A stretch of DNA of 64,000 nucleotides. It comes from Octopus bimaculoides (Eukaryota). The stretch spans positions 77,026,145 to 77,090,144 of the forward strand of contig NC_068991.1 in assembly GCF_001194135.2 (NCBI RefSeq). The letters run 5' to 3'. The notes under the pieces are model-generated. The model searched no databases and was not told the origin of the DNA. It saw only the letters and a list, made by a program, of their open reading frames with translations. Shown here piece after piece: positions 1 through 13,090 of the stretch; positions within the stretch are counted from its first letter, which is position 1, and each line of letters begins with the position of its first letter. Position numbers and translations under genes: made by a program.

Positions 1-294
1 GAATTTAAAGATGGAAAACTGCTCCTATTTTAATTTCTCAGTAAATTTTTTTCCCACTTTACTTTGAAAGTGAAAACTAGAACTCTATTTTACAAGTCTA
101 TGTTCTGAAGGATGATGGTTTTCCAATGCATTTGATGCATTTTTCTTCCTGATATAGTTTTAATATATTTTATACATCAGGTTCAGTATATATATTCTTC
201 TACATTTTTCATAGCATTGAAAGCACCAGATAATGATAATGATAACATCGAAAAATACTTTAGGAATGAGAACCCAGGTTTGGAATTTCCCCAA

Positions 295-340
295 GACACC
301 TGATGAAGGCTGGAGGGTACACCAGTCGAAACGTTGTGTT
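295..340 (+). ncRNA. Minimal type I hammerhead ribozyme (family 1, copy 1)
   Basis: GACAC-CTGATGA-A-GGCTGG-(8 nt)-CCAGTC-GAAA-CG-TT-GTGTT. Stem I is GACAC/GTGTT, stem II is GGCTGG/CCAGTC, and stem III is the loopless palindrome AACGTT, with a GUU cleavage triplet. This matches the minimal, dimer-dependent hammerheads of Penelope-like elements. Confidence 0.75.
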
Positions 341-1200
341 AACAACAAACAAGATGAGGACCTTTCAGTTCTCTACAGTTGTTGAGTATCAGGAATGTAC
401 TGAGGGGATTCAGTCAATTATACTCTTACCTACTAATTTTTTTAGCTTTAAGTCAAAGTCATTATTATTGCTTCCAACAATTTCATGCAAGCTTCTGCTG
501 TACCTCCAGGTGCAGCTTCATGCTCCTGAAGTGTGTGCAGTATTTTCTTTTGGTGGTATGAAATGGTGTTTACATGTTATGTTTAATTGTAAAATCTGTT
601 TTGGTGTTCTGGTTTTACTCAAGTATTTCTCCATCTTGTGTCACAGTATTTAGCAGTGATTATGTAGTGTTTGTTCTGTGTTTAGCAGTGATAGTTGTGT
701 GATGGTTTTAAGAGATGACTGTGCAGAAAGGATACCACACGAACCATACTATAGAATAGAAAGTGTTTTGTAATCATTGTGAGCTGTACCTAAGAGAGAT
801 ATTTGTATTATAGTTAATGCTAGTGTGACAGTTGAACTTCATACCTTGTGGTATCTAATTCAAATCCTCTCAGGGTTCGTGTTTAGTCATTCATTTTAGT
901 TGGAAAAAACAAAAACTTCTGGTACTTTACTGATGTTGATTCTATTGATTGCCTTCATTGTCTTGTAGAAAGAATGTTGTTTATCACTTATACAGCCTTA
1001 TTTCCTTTTCTTCCTTCACCCTCCCATTTGCTGTTATTGGTGTCCCAAGGGTGTAATTAACTGAAAGAAGCCTTCAATCAGTATTTTTAGCTATACCCAG
1101 TTTTCTTGTGAAAGAGCATACTGTCTTAAAACTTAGATCTTATTACATGTTCTCTCTCTCTATTGACTACAACTTGTATTTGGATCACACATGTTGATGG

Positions 1201-1242
<42 letters not shown>

Positions 1243-1258
1243 TATATATATATAGAAG

Positions 1259-2091
1259 GGTGTCTGGTCAATTCTTTGACAACAATTTGTCATTTAATTT
1301 GTCCCTAGTCAGTTTGTCATCGGTCAATTTGTCCCCAGGTCAGTTTGTCGTCAGTCAATTCATTGCTGTATTACATATTTAATTTTTCTTAAAATTTAAG
1401 ATTGTGTACAATTGCCTTTAGAAAAATAATTTTTTGGCTTGGATCATATTTTTCCACGACATTTTTTATATGCAGATTCATATCTCTGTATTTTTTTCTT
1501 TTGGCTTGGTTCCTCTTGCATAAATTTCTGCAGTTTGGTACTGGCAAAGCTTTCTTCACATTTAATCACATCAATAAGTTTCCAAATAGTTGGATGACTA
1601 ATATTCACTGTGTTTTTCAGCGTGCTGTGGCAGGCTTCTAAACTATTTGTAGTACAAGCAATCCCTGTCATACATCGATCCCAAACATTCCATATAAGTA
1701 ATAGAAATGGAAGTTCAAGGTGTCGCCGCCTCTGTCCTCATCACGAGATGAAATAGACTTTACTTTAATATTCAAAACTATTATCCTTGCATTTACCTCT
1801 GCAGCAGTTGAAGCGTGATTATGGATCCTAATCTTCTTAAGCTGTTTATAATTTTCATCTCTTTGAAGTCTCACCTTGCACATACAATTTTTGCACCTCC
1901 AGTATATCTTCAATCTATTTGCATTCTGCTTTTTGTGTGGATATAATTTTCTTGATTGATCACTTCGATTTTTTTTTCTTTCTCTAAAGATCATAATCTT
2001 GCAGATAGTCATGTTGATGGGTAGACGTATTGAATAAATTTAATTTGATTTGCTTGAAAATCTTTGTTCGTAAACTGTTCTGTGCAGATAC

Positions 2092-2170
<79 letters not shown>

Positions 2171-2387
2171 GGGGTTAAAGAAAGGTAAAATGGATCTAAA
2201 ACTGTCCAATGACAATTTTAATTCTAAAGTGATTGTTTTAAACTTTCCCTTGAAAATTATATTTAAAAGTATTTTGGGACGAATTGGCCTACAATGAATT
2301 TACCTGGGGACAAATTGAACAACAATGAATTGACTGGGGACAAATTAACCGACAACGAAATAACTGGGAACAAATTGCTCTAGCACC
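1259..2387 (-). mobile_element. Internally deleted FLYWCH-type MULE (Mutator-like) DNA transposon
   Basis: About 115-bp imperfect TIRs (GGTGTCTGGTCAATT / AATTGCTCTAGCACC) built from ~15-bp subrepeats. 9-bp TSD ATATAGAAG (1250-1258) / ATATAGTAG (2388-2396). Internal minus ORFs encode a FLYWCH finger (YWRCKNCMC..HNH, 1668-2012) and a MULE C-terminus (TNSLEACHSTLK..SHPTIWKLID, 1444-1671). The DDE core is missing. Confidence 0.9.
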
Positions 2388-3009
2388 ATATAGTAGTCAT
2401 GGCGCTACTGTCTGCCATCAAGATCTTATAATATATCTTTAATCCTTTAGTATTCAGATTATTCTATGAACTGTAATACTTCTTTTTATTCACTTTGCTT
2501 TGAATTAATCATGAATAACCTTATGGCTTCAAGAATTAGATGTTGTTGTTTATTTTTTGAATGATCTTGCAGAATAGGTGAGTGGGCCAGATTTAACCAG
2601 TTTGGACATAAACAGATAGAATAATTTGGCCAGATATGACCAGAAATGGTCCCCCATTTTAAACAGTAAAGTTAACAGTGAGTAATACTTGGTTGCTGCC
2701 ATTAAGCAGACTGGCTACTCTTCAGCTGACATACAAAAAGCCCCTTTGTTATTTGATACAGTTTAAATGTATATGTGGCTGATCTAAGAATTTCCATAAA
2801 AATCTGATTTTAGCAGGAGTTTCTCATTATACACATACAACTTGTGCATCTTGATGTAAAAGTTTCTGTAGAAATCACTTGAAAGTTCTTAATGTCAAAG
2901 CTGAAGAGGTTATTTATTGTTTAAATGAAAACTAGAACCACCATTACTTTGCACTCTCAGTTATTGAAAAGGTTTGAATCTCTCCTGATCTTTCTATCTA
3001 TCAAATTCT

Positions 3010-3800
3010 ATATTACCAATTTTGTTTCCTTACATCTACTCCCTTCTTGTGTCTTTCATCTGATCTTGCAGAAGTTGTTCTCTGCACATTTTCAGTGTTT
3101 ATTGCTCCTGAGCATCTGCCACATACAAAAACTATCTTGCTAGTTAGCCTTCCTTTGATATTGCTGCATCTCTTATGTGTCCATAGCTTACACTGGGTAC
3201 ATCTTATAGAGTTTCTACCTACGCCTTTTCTACAGATCAAGCAGGGCCATCTACCTGAAGGGGTTTGTGGTTTGTCTGCTTTTCTACTTATTAGGACTTA
3301 GGTTTTAACTAGGTTGGCTCTAAGGCCCTTCGATTATAATCCTTGCTTCCACACCTGAAACTTCTCCTCTAGTTCTGATAGTGACTCAGCAATTAGAGCA
3401 AGGTCATCAGCTTAGGGATGCTCCCAGGGGCATCCTGTCTTGAATCCCTGTGTTATTGCCTGGAAGACTATGATAAATAGGAGGGGGATGAGGACTGAAC
3501 CTTGGTGGACCCCTGCCTCTACCCGGAATTCTTCACTGTACTCATTGCCAACCCTCACCTTACTGATAACGTCTCTGTACATGGCTCGCACAGCTCTCAC
3601 TAACCATTCATCTATCTCTAGTTTCTTCATTGACCACCAGATAAGGGAACGGGGGACCCTGTCAAAGGCTTTCTCCATGTCAANNNNNNNNNNGGGGACC
3701 CTGTCAAAGGCTTTCTCCATGTCAACGAAAGCCAGGTACAGAGGTTTATCTTTGGCTAGGTAGTTCTCCTGCAGCTGTCTTACCAGAAATATAGCATCAG
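3010..3800 (-). mobile_element. RTE-clade LINE ORF2 remnant (RT plus C-terminal Cys-rich region)
   Basis: LYLAFVDMEKAFDRVP, GVHQGSVLIPLLF, a degenerate (Y)ADDLALIAES at about 3370-3410, and CRKGVGRNSIRCTQCKLWTHKRC. The duplicated sequence either side of the 12-N gap is an assembly artefact. Confidence 0.9.
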
Positions 3801-3832
3801 TGATATTTGGAGACTTCTTTCCAACAGTATTT

Positions 3833-5046
3833 CCTTGTTTTCATGAGATTGATAGTTTTTGACAAATTTTAAAATTTGCTCCAGGAAGTGTTTTTGTCTT
3901 TATTTATAACTGGATGCTCTTTCTTTTGCTAATTTCTCACCTCTGAAGTGTGTTTTAATAGACTATGGCAAGCAGAGTTATCAGCTTTTTTCAAAGCTAC
4001 ATATATATATATGTATTAAACTAATACATCCTTTTGTTGTTTACACCACCTGTCCTCGTCTGTTGTTGTCTTTTTCGTAAATTCTCCCATATATATATAT
4101 ATATATATAGGGAGAGAGAGAGAGAGAGAGACTTGTACATCCACAAAATTTATTTACAGCGTATCACAATGATCTACACGTGTTTCCACTGCAGCGACTA
4201 CTCAATGTAGCAGATGATGCAACCGTGCATTATTGTCAGTGCAGTTTCATCAGGGTCCATCCGTTTTTTTTGTTGTTTGAAGTGAATATTGCTATATACA
4301 CTGGGGAGCCTTTACAGTCCAGCGTGGGACATGGAATTACCCAATGGATGAATTCCCTGAGTGACTAACAAATAATTGTGGACACAAACATTGGATACTG
4401 ACCGTTGTTGTTAGCCAGCATCTGGAATCCGACTGAGAGCTAACATGTTACCTGCCCAGATAATATATCCCTCTAAACTGAATTATATATAAAGTAAATC
4501 TTAGTAATTAATTACATCTTAATTTTTTTTTTTGAAAGAAAAACTTTAAATTGTAAAATTCCATTTTTTGTAGTATATTGTTTATGGGTGAATCAAATGT
4601 CAGCCTATCCCTTGATGGTTGTTCCTGAAGAAATCAAATGTCAAAAGTCTGGCCTTTAGTTGCCAGAATTCCAAATACTATGATTTCCATTATTTCTGTA
4701 CTATTAACAGAAATTAACAAATTAGTAGTGAAGTGCTGTAAAACTATCTTGTATAAGTTCAAATTCTAATATATGTGCAATGACATTAAAGATATTTTAC
4801 AAGCACAATGAAGTAGGAGAAACATATGACAGTGCATACACTCTCACATACTGTCAAATGTTCGCAGATTCATAAATTCATCCTCCTATGCTGTTTATTA
4901 TTATTATTCTTTTTTTTTTCTTTTTTTTTTCAGTGTTTCCTTGTTTTCATGGGATTGATAGTTTTTGTCTTTATTTATAACTGGATGCCCTTTCTTTTGC
5001 TAATTTCTCACCTCTGAAGTGTGTTTTAGTGGACTATGGCAAGCAG
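3833..5046 (+). repeat. Dispersed direct repeat pair (3833-3976 and 4934-5046)
   Basis: Two near-identical ~110-145-bp copies about 1.1 kb apart. The second lacks a segment bounded by the microhomology GTTTTTG. Confidence 0.8.
4169..4260 (-). ncRNA. Degenerate type I hammerhead ribozyme (family 2)
   Basis: Minus strand CTGATGA-A-ACTGCA-(long loop)-TGCAGT-G-GAAA-C-ACGT-GTA-GATCAT. The core is intact, stem II has 6 bp and stem III is the palindrome ACACGTGT with a GUA triplet. Stem I and the stem II closing pair are mismatched. Confidence 0.5.
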
Positions 5047-5140
5047 CTACAAAGCTAGGTGTAAATCAGTAAGGTTCGAAATAATGACCATCTTGTTAGT
5101 ATTTGAGTTCATAAAAGATATTGTCAGAATGACTTTTGTG

Positions 5141-5172
<32 letters not shown>

Positions 5173-5175
<3 letters not shown>

Positions 5176-5450
5176 TCATCATCATCATCGTTTAACGTCC
5201 GCTTTCCATGCTAGCATGGGTTGGACGATTTGACTGAGGACTGGTGAAACTGGATGGCAACACCAGGCTCCAGTCTAATTTGGCAGAGTTTCTACAGCTG
5301 GATGCCCTTCCTAACGCCAACCACTCAGAGAGTGTAGTGGGTGCTTTTACGTGTCACCCGCACGAAGGCCAATCAGGCGGTACTGGCAACGCCCACGCTC
5401 AAAATGGTGTCTTTTATGTGCCACCCGCACAAGAGCCAGTCCAGGGGCAC
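5173..5450 (-). mobile_element. RTE-type 3' end / RTE-dependent SINE with (ATG)n tail
   Basis: Conserved block GTTGGCGTTAGGAAGGGCATCCAGCTGTAGAAAC..CCAACCCATGCTAGCATGGAAAGCGGACGTTAAACGATGATG. Nearly identical to the copies at 48581-48820 and 51835-51990. Confidence 0.85.
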
Positions 5451-5479
5451 TATATTTAGCATTATGTCGTGCTTGACAA

Positions 5480-5702
5480 GAAGACCCATCAAGCTGAGCA
5501 AAATTGCAGTCGTGACAGATACTGGTGTCAGGTAAATGGCACCCATGCCGGTGGCATGTAAAAACACACATTACACTCTCAGAGTGGTTGGCATTAGGAA
5601 AGGCATGCAACCGTAGAAAACCATGCCAAGCCAGACTGGAGTCTGGTGCAGCAGCCCTTGTCAAACCATCCAGCCTATGCCAGAATGGACAACAGATGTT
5701 AA

Positions 5703-5742
<40 letters not shown>
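5480..5742 (+). mobile_element. RTE-type 3' end / SINE copy, head-to-head with the previous copy
   Basis: Same family in the opposite orientation, ending in (GAT)n. Confidence 0.8.
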
Positions 5743-5779
<37 letters not shown>

Positions 5780-5929
5780 NNNNNNNNNNNNNNNNNNNNN
5801 NNNNNNNNNNNNNNNNNNNNNNNNNNNNNNNNNNNNNNNNNNNNNNNNNNNNNNNNNNNNNNNNNNNNNNNNNNNNNNNNNNNNNNNNNNNNNNNNNNNN
5901 NNNNNNNNNNNNNNNNNNNNNNNNNNNNN

Positions 5930-6075
5930 AGTCGAGCAAATCGACCTCAGGACTTATTCTTTGTAAGCTTAGTACTTATTCTATCAGTCTCTTTTTGCTG
6001 AACCACTAAGTTATGGGGACGTAAACACACCAGCCTCGGTTGTCAAGCGAAGCTGGGGGGACAAACACAGACACA

Positions 6076-6119
<44 letters not shown>

Positions 6120-6280
6120 AATATATACGATGGGCTTCTTTCAGTTTCCATCTACCAAATCCACTCACAAGGCTTTGGTCGGCCCGAGGCTATAGTAGAA
6201 GACACTTGCCCAAGGTGCCACGCAGTGGGACTGAACCCAGAACCATGTGGTTGGTAAGCAAGCTACTTACCACACAGCCA
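5930..6280 (-). mobile_element. tRNA-derived SINE, family A (internal CA/TA microsatellite)
   Basis: Head TGGCTGTGTGGTAAG..GGTTCAGTCCC (A/B-box-like). Matches the full copies at 26289 and 60976. Confidence 0.85.
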
Positions 6281-7349
6281 GTATATTTAAATACACACTC
6301 TGATATATATACCTATACACAAACAAATGAAAGGAATTAATGAAAGAGAAACCATTGTGATGTTTTCATTTTTCGATTCTTCCAAATTATGCATTGTGAA
6401 ACCTGATCTGTTTTTAGATGAAGTATCTGCATTTTTGTATTTACCCTAACCATAGATCTGAAGCCGTATAAGCTTCACTAATTTAACAAGCTTAAGTAGA
6501 ATATTAACTATCAAGAATGTTTAAAATGGTAAAAATCAGTTTATAATGGAAATACACATTCAGATATGCTCAACTTTGGCCTGTTGGGCTCCTGTGTGAA
6601 TGCTTTCATCATCGGTCAGGTCCTTATAAGGGATTGAACTTAGGTAATGAAGTTAATGAAATAATCATTAATTATATAGTGCTCTTGCTCTTTATAACAA
6701 AGATTGAGCTTAATTTGGTTACTAAAGTACAGCTAGCTGAATTAAGTGAACGATCGTTTGGTGTCGTAAGCACAAACACAGTTCAGAGATGATGACAGAA
6801 AATAAACCATAAGCTATCAGCTCTTCGGACAACGATTTGATTCTTTCATAGATTTGACCAGTTGCTGTTCTTCTGTCTACTAAATAGCACTGACATATGC
6901 ATTCACACACACACACACACACATATATATTGAGAAAATAATGTTGTACTTGCAACTTTTCATTTTGCTATTAAGGCATTACATCTTTTAAGCCCCATAG
7001 CAAATCATTTTCCATCCTCCTCCTCCTCACACACACACATCATTGCTGCTATTGTCATCATACACCATTGTCATCATTGTCATTTTATATACACTTTCCA
7101 TGTTGGCATGCATTGGATGGATTGTCACTGTCCATAATTGCCAGTCAAAGATATAATAAGTTAAAACTTCGAAGCTCCACTATTGCAACAGTCCAATGTG
7201 TGAAACCAGTAAAATAATTTTAACAAGTGATAAAATAATATTATCATTGTGACTGTCAAAGAGTTAATTGAGGTTTATGCAAGTGAGTTTAACTTTATCC
7301 CTGATTCCACATACGGAGGCACAAGTGGCTGAAACAGCTGGCAGATATT

Positions 7350-7745
7350 CTTTTACTCTTTTCAGTCATTTGACTACGGCCATGCTGGAGCATCACCTTT
7401 AGTCGAAGAAATCAACACCAGGACTTATTCTTTGTAAGCCTAGCACTTATTCTATCAGTCTCTTGTGCCGAACCGCTAAGTTTCGGGAGACATAAATACA
7501 ACATCAGTTGTCAAGTGATGGTAGGGGGACAAACGCAGACACAAAGACACACACACACACATAGATATATATACATATATACATGACAGGCTTCTTCCAG
7601 TTTCCATCTACCAAATCCACTCACAAGGCTTTGGTCAGCCAGAGGCTATAGTAAAAGACACTTGCCCAAGGTGCCACGTAGTGGGATTGAACTCAGAACC
7701 ATGTGGCTGGGAAGCAAGCTTCTTACCACACAACCACGTCTGCAC
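7350..7745 (-). mobile_element. tRNA-derived SINE, family A
   Basis: Both halves of the family A consensus flank an (AC)/(AT) tract. Confidence 0.85.
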
Positions 7746-8508
7746 CTGTATATCACCTTAACTTTTATGTTATTATTTGTATTCAATGTCTGTTAATTGA
7801 GAAATTTCTAAGTTATTAGTAATCAAATTTCTATTAAATAAATGTGCAGGCTCACTTCTTTTGTGCTTGCTAGTTTGTTCTAATCTCACCTGAAACTTTA
7901 TTGAAGTTACTATGTAGATATTTGTTATGTAAGCAAGTGCAATATTGATTGTGAAGTGTATAATCCTAAACCACGTCTCTCAGGAATTTTTGCTGTTTTG
8001 AGGGAATATAGTTTTAACAGTAAAATAGTAGTTAGCGTACAACGAGCCAAGTCTGCCTCTCCATTTTGTTTTACATTATTGCCACTTCACTTCCGTTCCA
8101 CCGATAATACAGTTGGGTAAGTTATAAGTGTCATAACTTACCATTTCTCTTATAGATATTAAGTAATGTTCCAATGTAAGAAATCTTCATTAATATCATT
8201 ATGGTATAGGCAAGAGTGGTGTAGACTTCAAAGATAATAACAGGCTGTATTCAATGCCTTACTGCAAAGGCTTCTGAATTGAGAGCCACTTTTTCCCCAG
8301 GAGGCATCAGGATTGATCAGGGAATGCATATATTATAACACCTTTGAAATTCCCTGTTTTATATTCTGTAGTGTTGTGTGACCCTTTATTCTATGTACTG
8401 CAAGTGGGCAGAGAACACTGGGATTGAAAGGCAGAGCCAATGGGAAGTGAAAATCATTGAGTTACATTATTTAGCTTCCTCCATCTCAGTTCAGAGTTCA
8501 GTTCTTAC

Positions 8509-8661
8509 CATTGTCAACTTTGCCTTTTATTCTCCAAGACCAGTAATATACTGGAATTGATTCAATCTGCCAAGCCATTCTTTTACAATATTTGACTTTG
8601 TGCTTCAATGAGAAATCATTTATTGTGATAAAAGCTTTAGTATAAGGGATTAACAGTGAGT
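8509..8661 (-). CDS. Candidate exon of the CATSPERB-like gene (phase 1-1)
   Basis: 153 nt, open: DSLLIPYTKAFITINDFSLKHKVKYCKRMAWQIESIPVYYWSWRIKGKVDN(G). Donor G|gtaaga; the acceptor (ccaaccag) is weak. Confidence 0.6.
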
Positions 8662-10236
8662 CTGGTTGGATGCTCTTTCAGTAATTAGTTCAGTGCCTCC
8701 AACTTCAAACAAAATATTTCACAACTGCAAAATATCAAACAAATCTCATGACAGTTCAACATTAGACAGAATAACTGAGAACTGTGAAGCTGCAAATAAA
8801 ATATTTGATAAAAATCAAAATTTTACTATATATTATATATTACAATAAATGTTAAAAAATGTTTTAATTCTCTAAAAAAAATATTAAAATTTTTCAATGA
8901 TAAAAATATACCCAAAACATTTTGTCAAAGTAAAGCAATAAAAGAAAATATTGCATGACTGCAAAAGATAAAGTTATTAAGCATATTTTGGCAGTCTACA
9001 AAAGAAAATATTTGAATACAAAGCTAATTATATCCATATAATATTGCATGAACTACAATAACAATTTAGAAAAACCTGTGTTTTAATATTGTCTTAAATT
9101 AATGGCAAGTGGAAGAAATTAAAGATATTTCGCTACATTTCATAGGCATAGATGTGAAATCTCCAAGCAGGCTTGATTATCTCCACTCAGGCTTCCCAAG
9201 TAATCATGACTCTTACAAGTATTGTCTACCTTTCATTACATAGATTTAAAGTTTGTTAAACAGTTAAAATAGCAATACTTTTTTTTCAGCTTAATGGATG
9301 GGAGGGACATCCATTTGTAGAACCACCAACTCAAATCCTACTAAAGCAAGAAATTCTTCAAGTGTTAATGTAACCAACATAGTTACCTATAACAACCAGA
9401 TCAAACCAAACCAGCAATGAAGCATTCAAGCCTAATATATTCTACTTCATAGTTGATATTTTTATTTAGCCTAATGTTAACAATAATTGTATAATGTTAT
9501 GACCAAAGATTTTCTAGCTGAGACCATCAAATCTAAGACCGCATTATCCAATATGTCCTATATTTTTGGAAAAAATATTGTGTGATTTGAGGGAGGTTTC
9601 GCCTTTATTTTTTTATAGCTTCAGTAACTATGTAGATCACACAAGATGGAGATGTATAATAAGATTGTTATATTGCAAACCAATCCAAAATATGCCAGCT
9701 TAATAAACTAATCCAATACATGCCAACATGATAAAACAAATGTGAATTGGATAATGATTATACTTTTGGTTATCAACATAGATTGTTACTGTCATGTATA
9801 AACAATTTGCACGTAGATTCAGCTTGTTCTATAATGAATTTAGTTGTGTATCAATGTAGGCAACTCAGAAACCTTACATTTATATGAAAAGGAATTCTCT
9901 GTAAGTTAGAATAACTGTTAATTTATAAATTTATAAATGATACATATGGTTTTAATACTTTAGCACACATCCTGTGCCATGTGGCATTAAGCTTTGGTTT
10001 GCTGTTTGTTATTAACTGAGGCGTGAAAATTCAAAATTATCATTTACTATTTTTCCTTGTTTTCATTCAATCCTTGTTTATTTATTATTTGAATATATTT
10101 TTTTTCAAAATAAGCACTGTCTGATTTAATCAAATTAAATTTTTTATGAAGTGAATGCTAGAGTAATATCATTGTAACAGTATTCATTCAAATATTGTTA
10201 ATTGATACAACACACAAGCACACAAAGTGCATGTGT

Positions 10237-10237
<1 letters not shown>

Positions 10238-10330
<93 letters not shown>

Positions 10331-10332
10331 TC
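10238..10332. repeat. (CT)n microsatellite
   Basis: Direct reading; explains the SL-repeat ORFs. Confidence 0.95.
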
Positions 10333-11350
10333 ACACACACAAACGAACACAAATGAAATCGAAATTGATAAAATGTATTTCTTTCTTTTTATATTACATG
10401 ATTATTAGTTTTATTATTATGGTTGTTTTGTCATATTGCTATCTGTGTTTTAAGCACTGCTACTCCATCCTCCAGTTCTTGGTGAAAAAAATGTAAAAGA
10501 AATTAGAATAAAATAGTGCAAAGAAGAAATTGAAAACAGTTCCCAGAAGATAACATCCATTTGTCATAAAATAGTTGAATATTTCATGGTGATGTTTTTA
10601 TCAAAAAGGGAAAAAATAAAGGACAAAAACAAAACTTAACAACCCAAAAACAATTATTATAAAATATAAAGAAAACTTATTTTCTGACTTTAAACTGGGA
10701 ATTCAGGGAATATTTTGGCAACAGATAAACTGTCTAAGTTTCCTGTTCAGTGAGTTTGCTGGAACTAAAATGGGAAAATGAAATTAACAACAGAGAAATT
10801 ACATTGTTCAAAAAGTATATAAAATATGCCAATAATCTAATATACAAGCAGTAGCCTAGTTATTGTGAGTGAAAGTTTTTCAACATTGACAGTGTTTAAC
10901 TATTTGTGATTATTGTTACATGGCTGGGAAACTGGGGGTTTGACTAAATCTTTCTAAGGCAGTACAAATAATCATTAATACATGGTTATGTCAGATTTTT
11001 ACCAATTATGTATTCATAAAAATATTTCTTTATATTGAATTACAGTTAAGGAGTAACGAGATAGCAGTGGTTATTTTCATTAGGAGAAGTCAGCAGTAGA
11101 TTGATCATATCTTGAGGAGGGTTCATTAATTGTATTATTTGATAAGAGGAATAAACTAGAGTAAAACTGAGAGATATGTATTTATGGAGAATGATGATTT
11201 AGATGCCAAGTAATGGGTAAAAGCTGGGTGCTTGTAGAGACATAGCGTTTTGACAGATAAAGTGAAGTGTCCATGACCTGATTTTGATTTCATATTTATA
11301 AATATTTTTAACTGATGCCCTTGAGAAAATCTTGACTGTCAGAAAATTTG

Positions 11351-11385
<35 letters not shown>

Positions 11386-11449
11386 TTGAAAGAACATTTG
11401 TGTATAGTATGTATTTTGTATGTGATCACTTTCATTGTTTAACTTTTCA

Positions 11450-13004
11450 AACAAATGTTCTGGGCGAGTGCTTATAGAGGAAGTTGTTTTTAGTAATGAT
11501 ATTTCATTTCAGATTTAGAATTCTTATCAAGTATTTTTCTTTTTCCTTTTGTAATCAATCATTTACATCTTTTATTTTGTAAAAAAAGAATATTTTAAAT
11601 TTTCCATTTGCATAAATGTCTAGATGTTTACTGTATGGAATATTTCTAAGAGATGAATCTTTAATTTGTTGTTTATGGTCATTTACATAGCTGGTTAGTT
11701 TTGTTCCTGTTTCCCCAATGTAATTCTCATAGCATTGTGGACATGTAATGTAGTAGATAAGATTTTTTTTCATTTTGCAATTCATGTTTTCATTTGCTTT
11801 TAATTCCTCCCCATTCTTGTTCAATTGTCTCACATGTTCCACAATGAATGTCTCTACAATTTCTTACCTGAATTACTTCTTTCTCTAATGTGAATCTCAC
11901 CTTTGCTAAAAATCTCTTGAGATTTGATGGTTCTCTTCAGCTTTTCTTGATTTGTGATTTCTCAATCATTTATAGGAGATTTGAGAATTGATGTAGAATG
12001 GGGAGGTATCATTTGGTTGAATATTGTGGTTCCTTGGATTTTGGGTGACTACAAATGAAATATTAATATTTGTATTTTTTTTTCACCCTCAGTGTGAGTG
12101 CTTCTCTGTAAAGCAGATTCCTTTTGCTTTGGTTATGGCATGATTTATTAGCTTTTGTGGGTATTTCTGTTTTTGAAAGACCATATTTAGTTTTACCAAT
12201 CGTTTCTTTCCTCTGTTTGTAACTGTAATTATTGAGCATATACATCTTGCCATATTGAATAGTATGTTCCTTTTTGTATAGGAAGGGTGGCAAGATTTAA
12301 AATCTAAGTATTAGTGTTTGTCTGTGTTCTTTCAGTAGAGATTGATTGTATCTGTCCCATTTTCTTTAATGATTAAAATTCCCAGAAAGAGATGTTCCAT
12401 TTCATTCATTTCCATAGTGAACTACATTGATTGATGAATGCTGTTTATTAATTTAAGGAATCTTGTATGGTCCTCCTTACTTTTGTTCTAAAATATGAAG
12501 CAGTCATCCAAGTATCTTTGCCAGTTACCTGTTAAATAGATTTGGAAACGATGATCAAAGTAATTCTACAGGGTATAGATTATTTCTTCCACGCATTCCA
12601 TTACTTGTGTTGCAAACATTGGGGTGACTTTTGTAACCATTGCCATGCCCTGTGTTTGTACATAATATTGGTTGTGAAAGTAGTTGTTTTCCAGTGCTAG
12701 CCATAATCCTTCAAGTGTAAATTCTTTTGGGAATCTCTCCTGTGGATATTTATCTGTCTAGAATTCTACTGCTTCTAATCCATATGAAGAATATTTGTGT
12801 AGAGACTGGTTATGTCAAAGCTAACTAGGGTTGTATCTTTATCGACTCTTTCTGGAATATAGTTCAGGAGAACATTTTGTTTCCACTTCTTTCTGAGTGT
12901 CTTCCCGACACCTAGGGCAAAGAAACTCACTGTATACATTGGTAAGCCATTAAAATAAACACACCTCATTGTTCATTTACAAAGTCAATTGATAGAAAAA
13001 TGGG

Positions 13005-13005
<1 letters not shown>
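11450..13005 (-). mobile_element. Penelope-like element remnant (RT plus GIY-YIG endonuclease)
   Basis: RT motif LVSFDITSLYTNI (12775-12969) and a GMAM-like segment near 12640. GIY-YIG motif NLIYYITCPQCYENYIGETG..L...VNDH (11555-11842). Many stops and frameshifts. Confidence 0.85.
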
Positions 13006-13009
<4 letters not shown>

Positions 13010-13088
<79 letters not shown>

Positions 13089-13090
13089 TA
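13010..13090. repeat. (ATT)n microsatellite
   Basis: Direct reading. Confidence 0.95.

Noticed and set aside
2690-2870. Possible further exon (IFMEILRSATYTFKLYQITKGLF|gtatgt)
   Set aside because: The acceptor and phase could not be reconciled with the 8509 donor, and the similarity is too weak to call.
8040-8145. Possible promoter/first exon (CACTTCCG, gtaagt) and a 10-bp hairpin at 8116-8142
   Set aside because: The motifs are too short, with no supporting CpG island or downstream exon.
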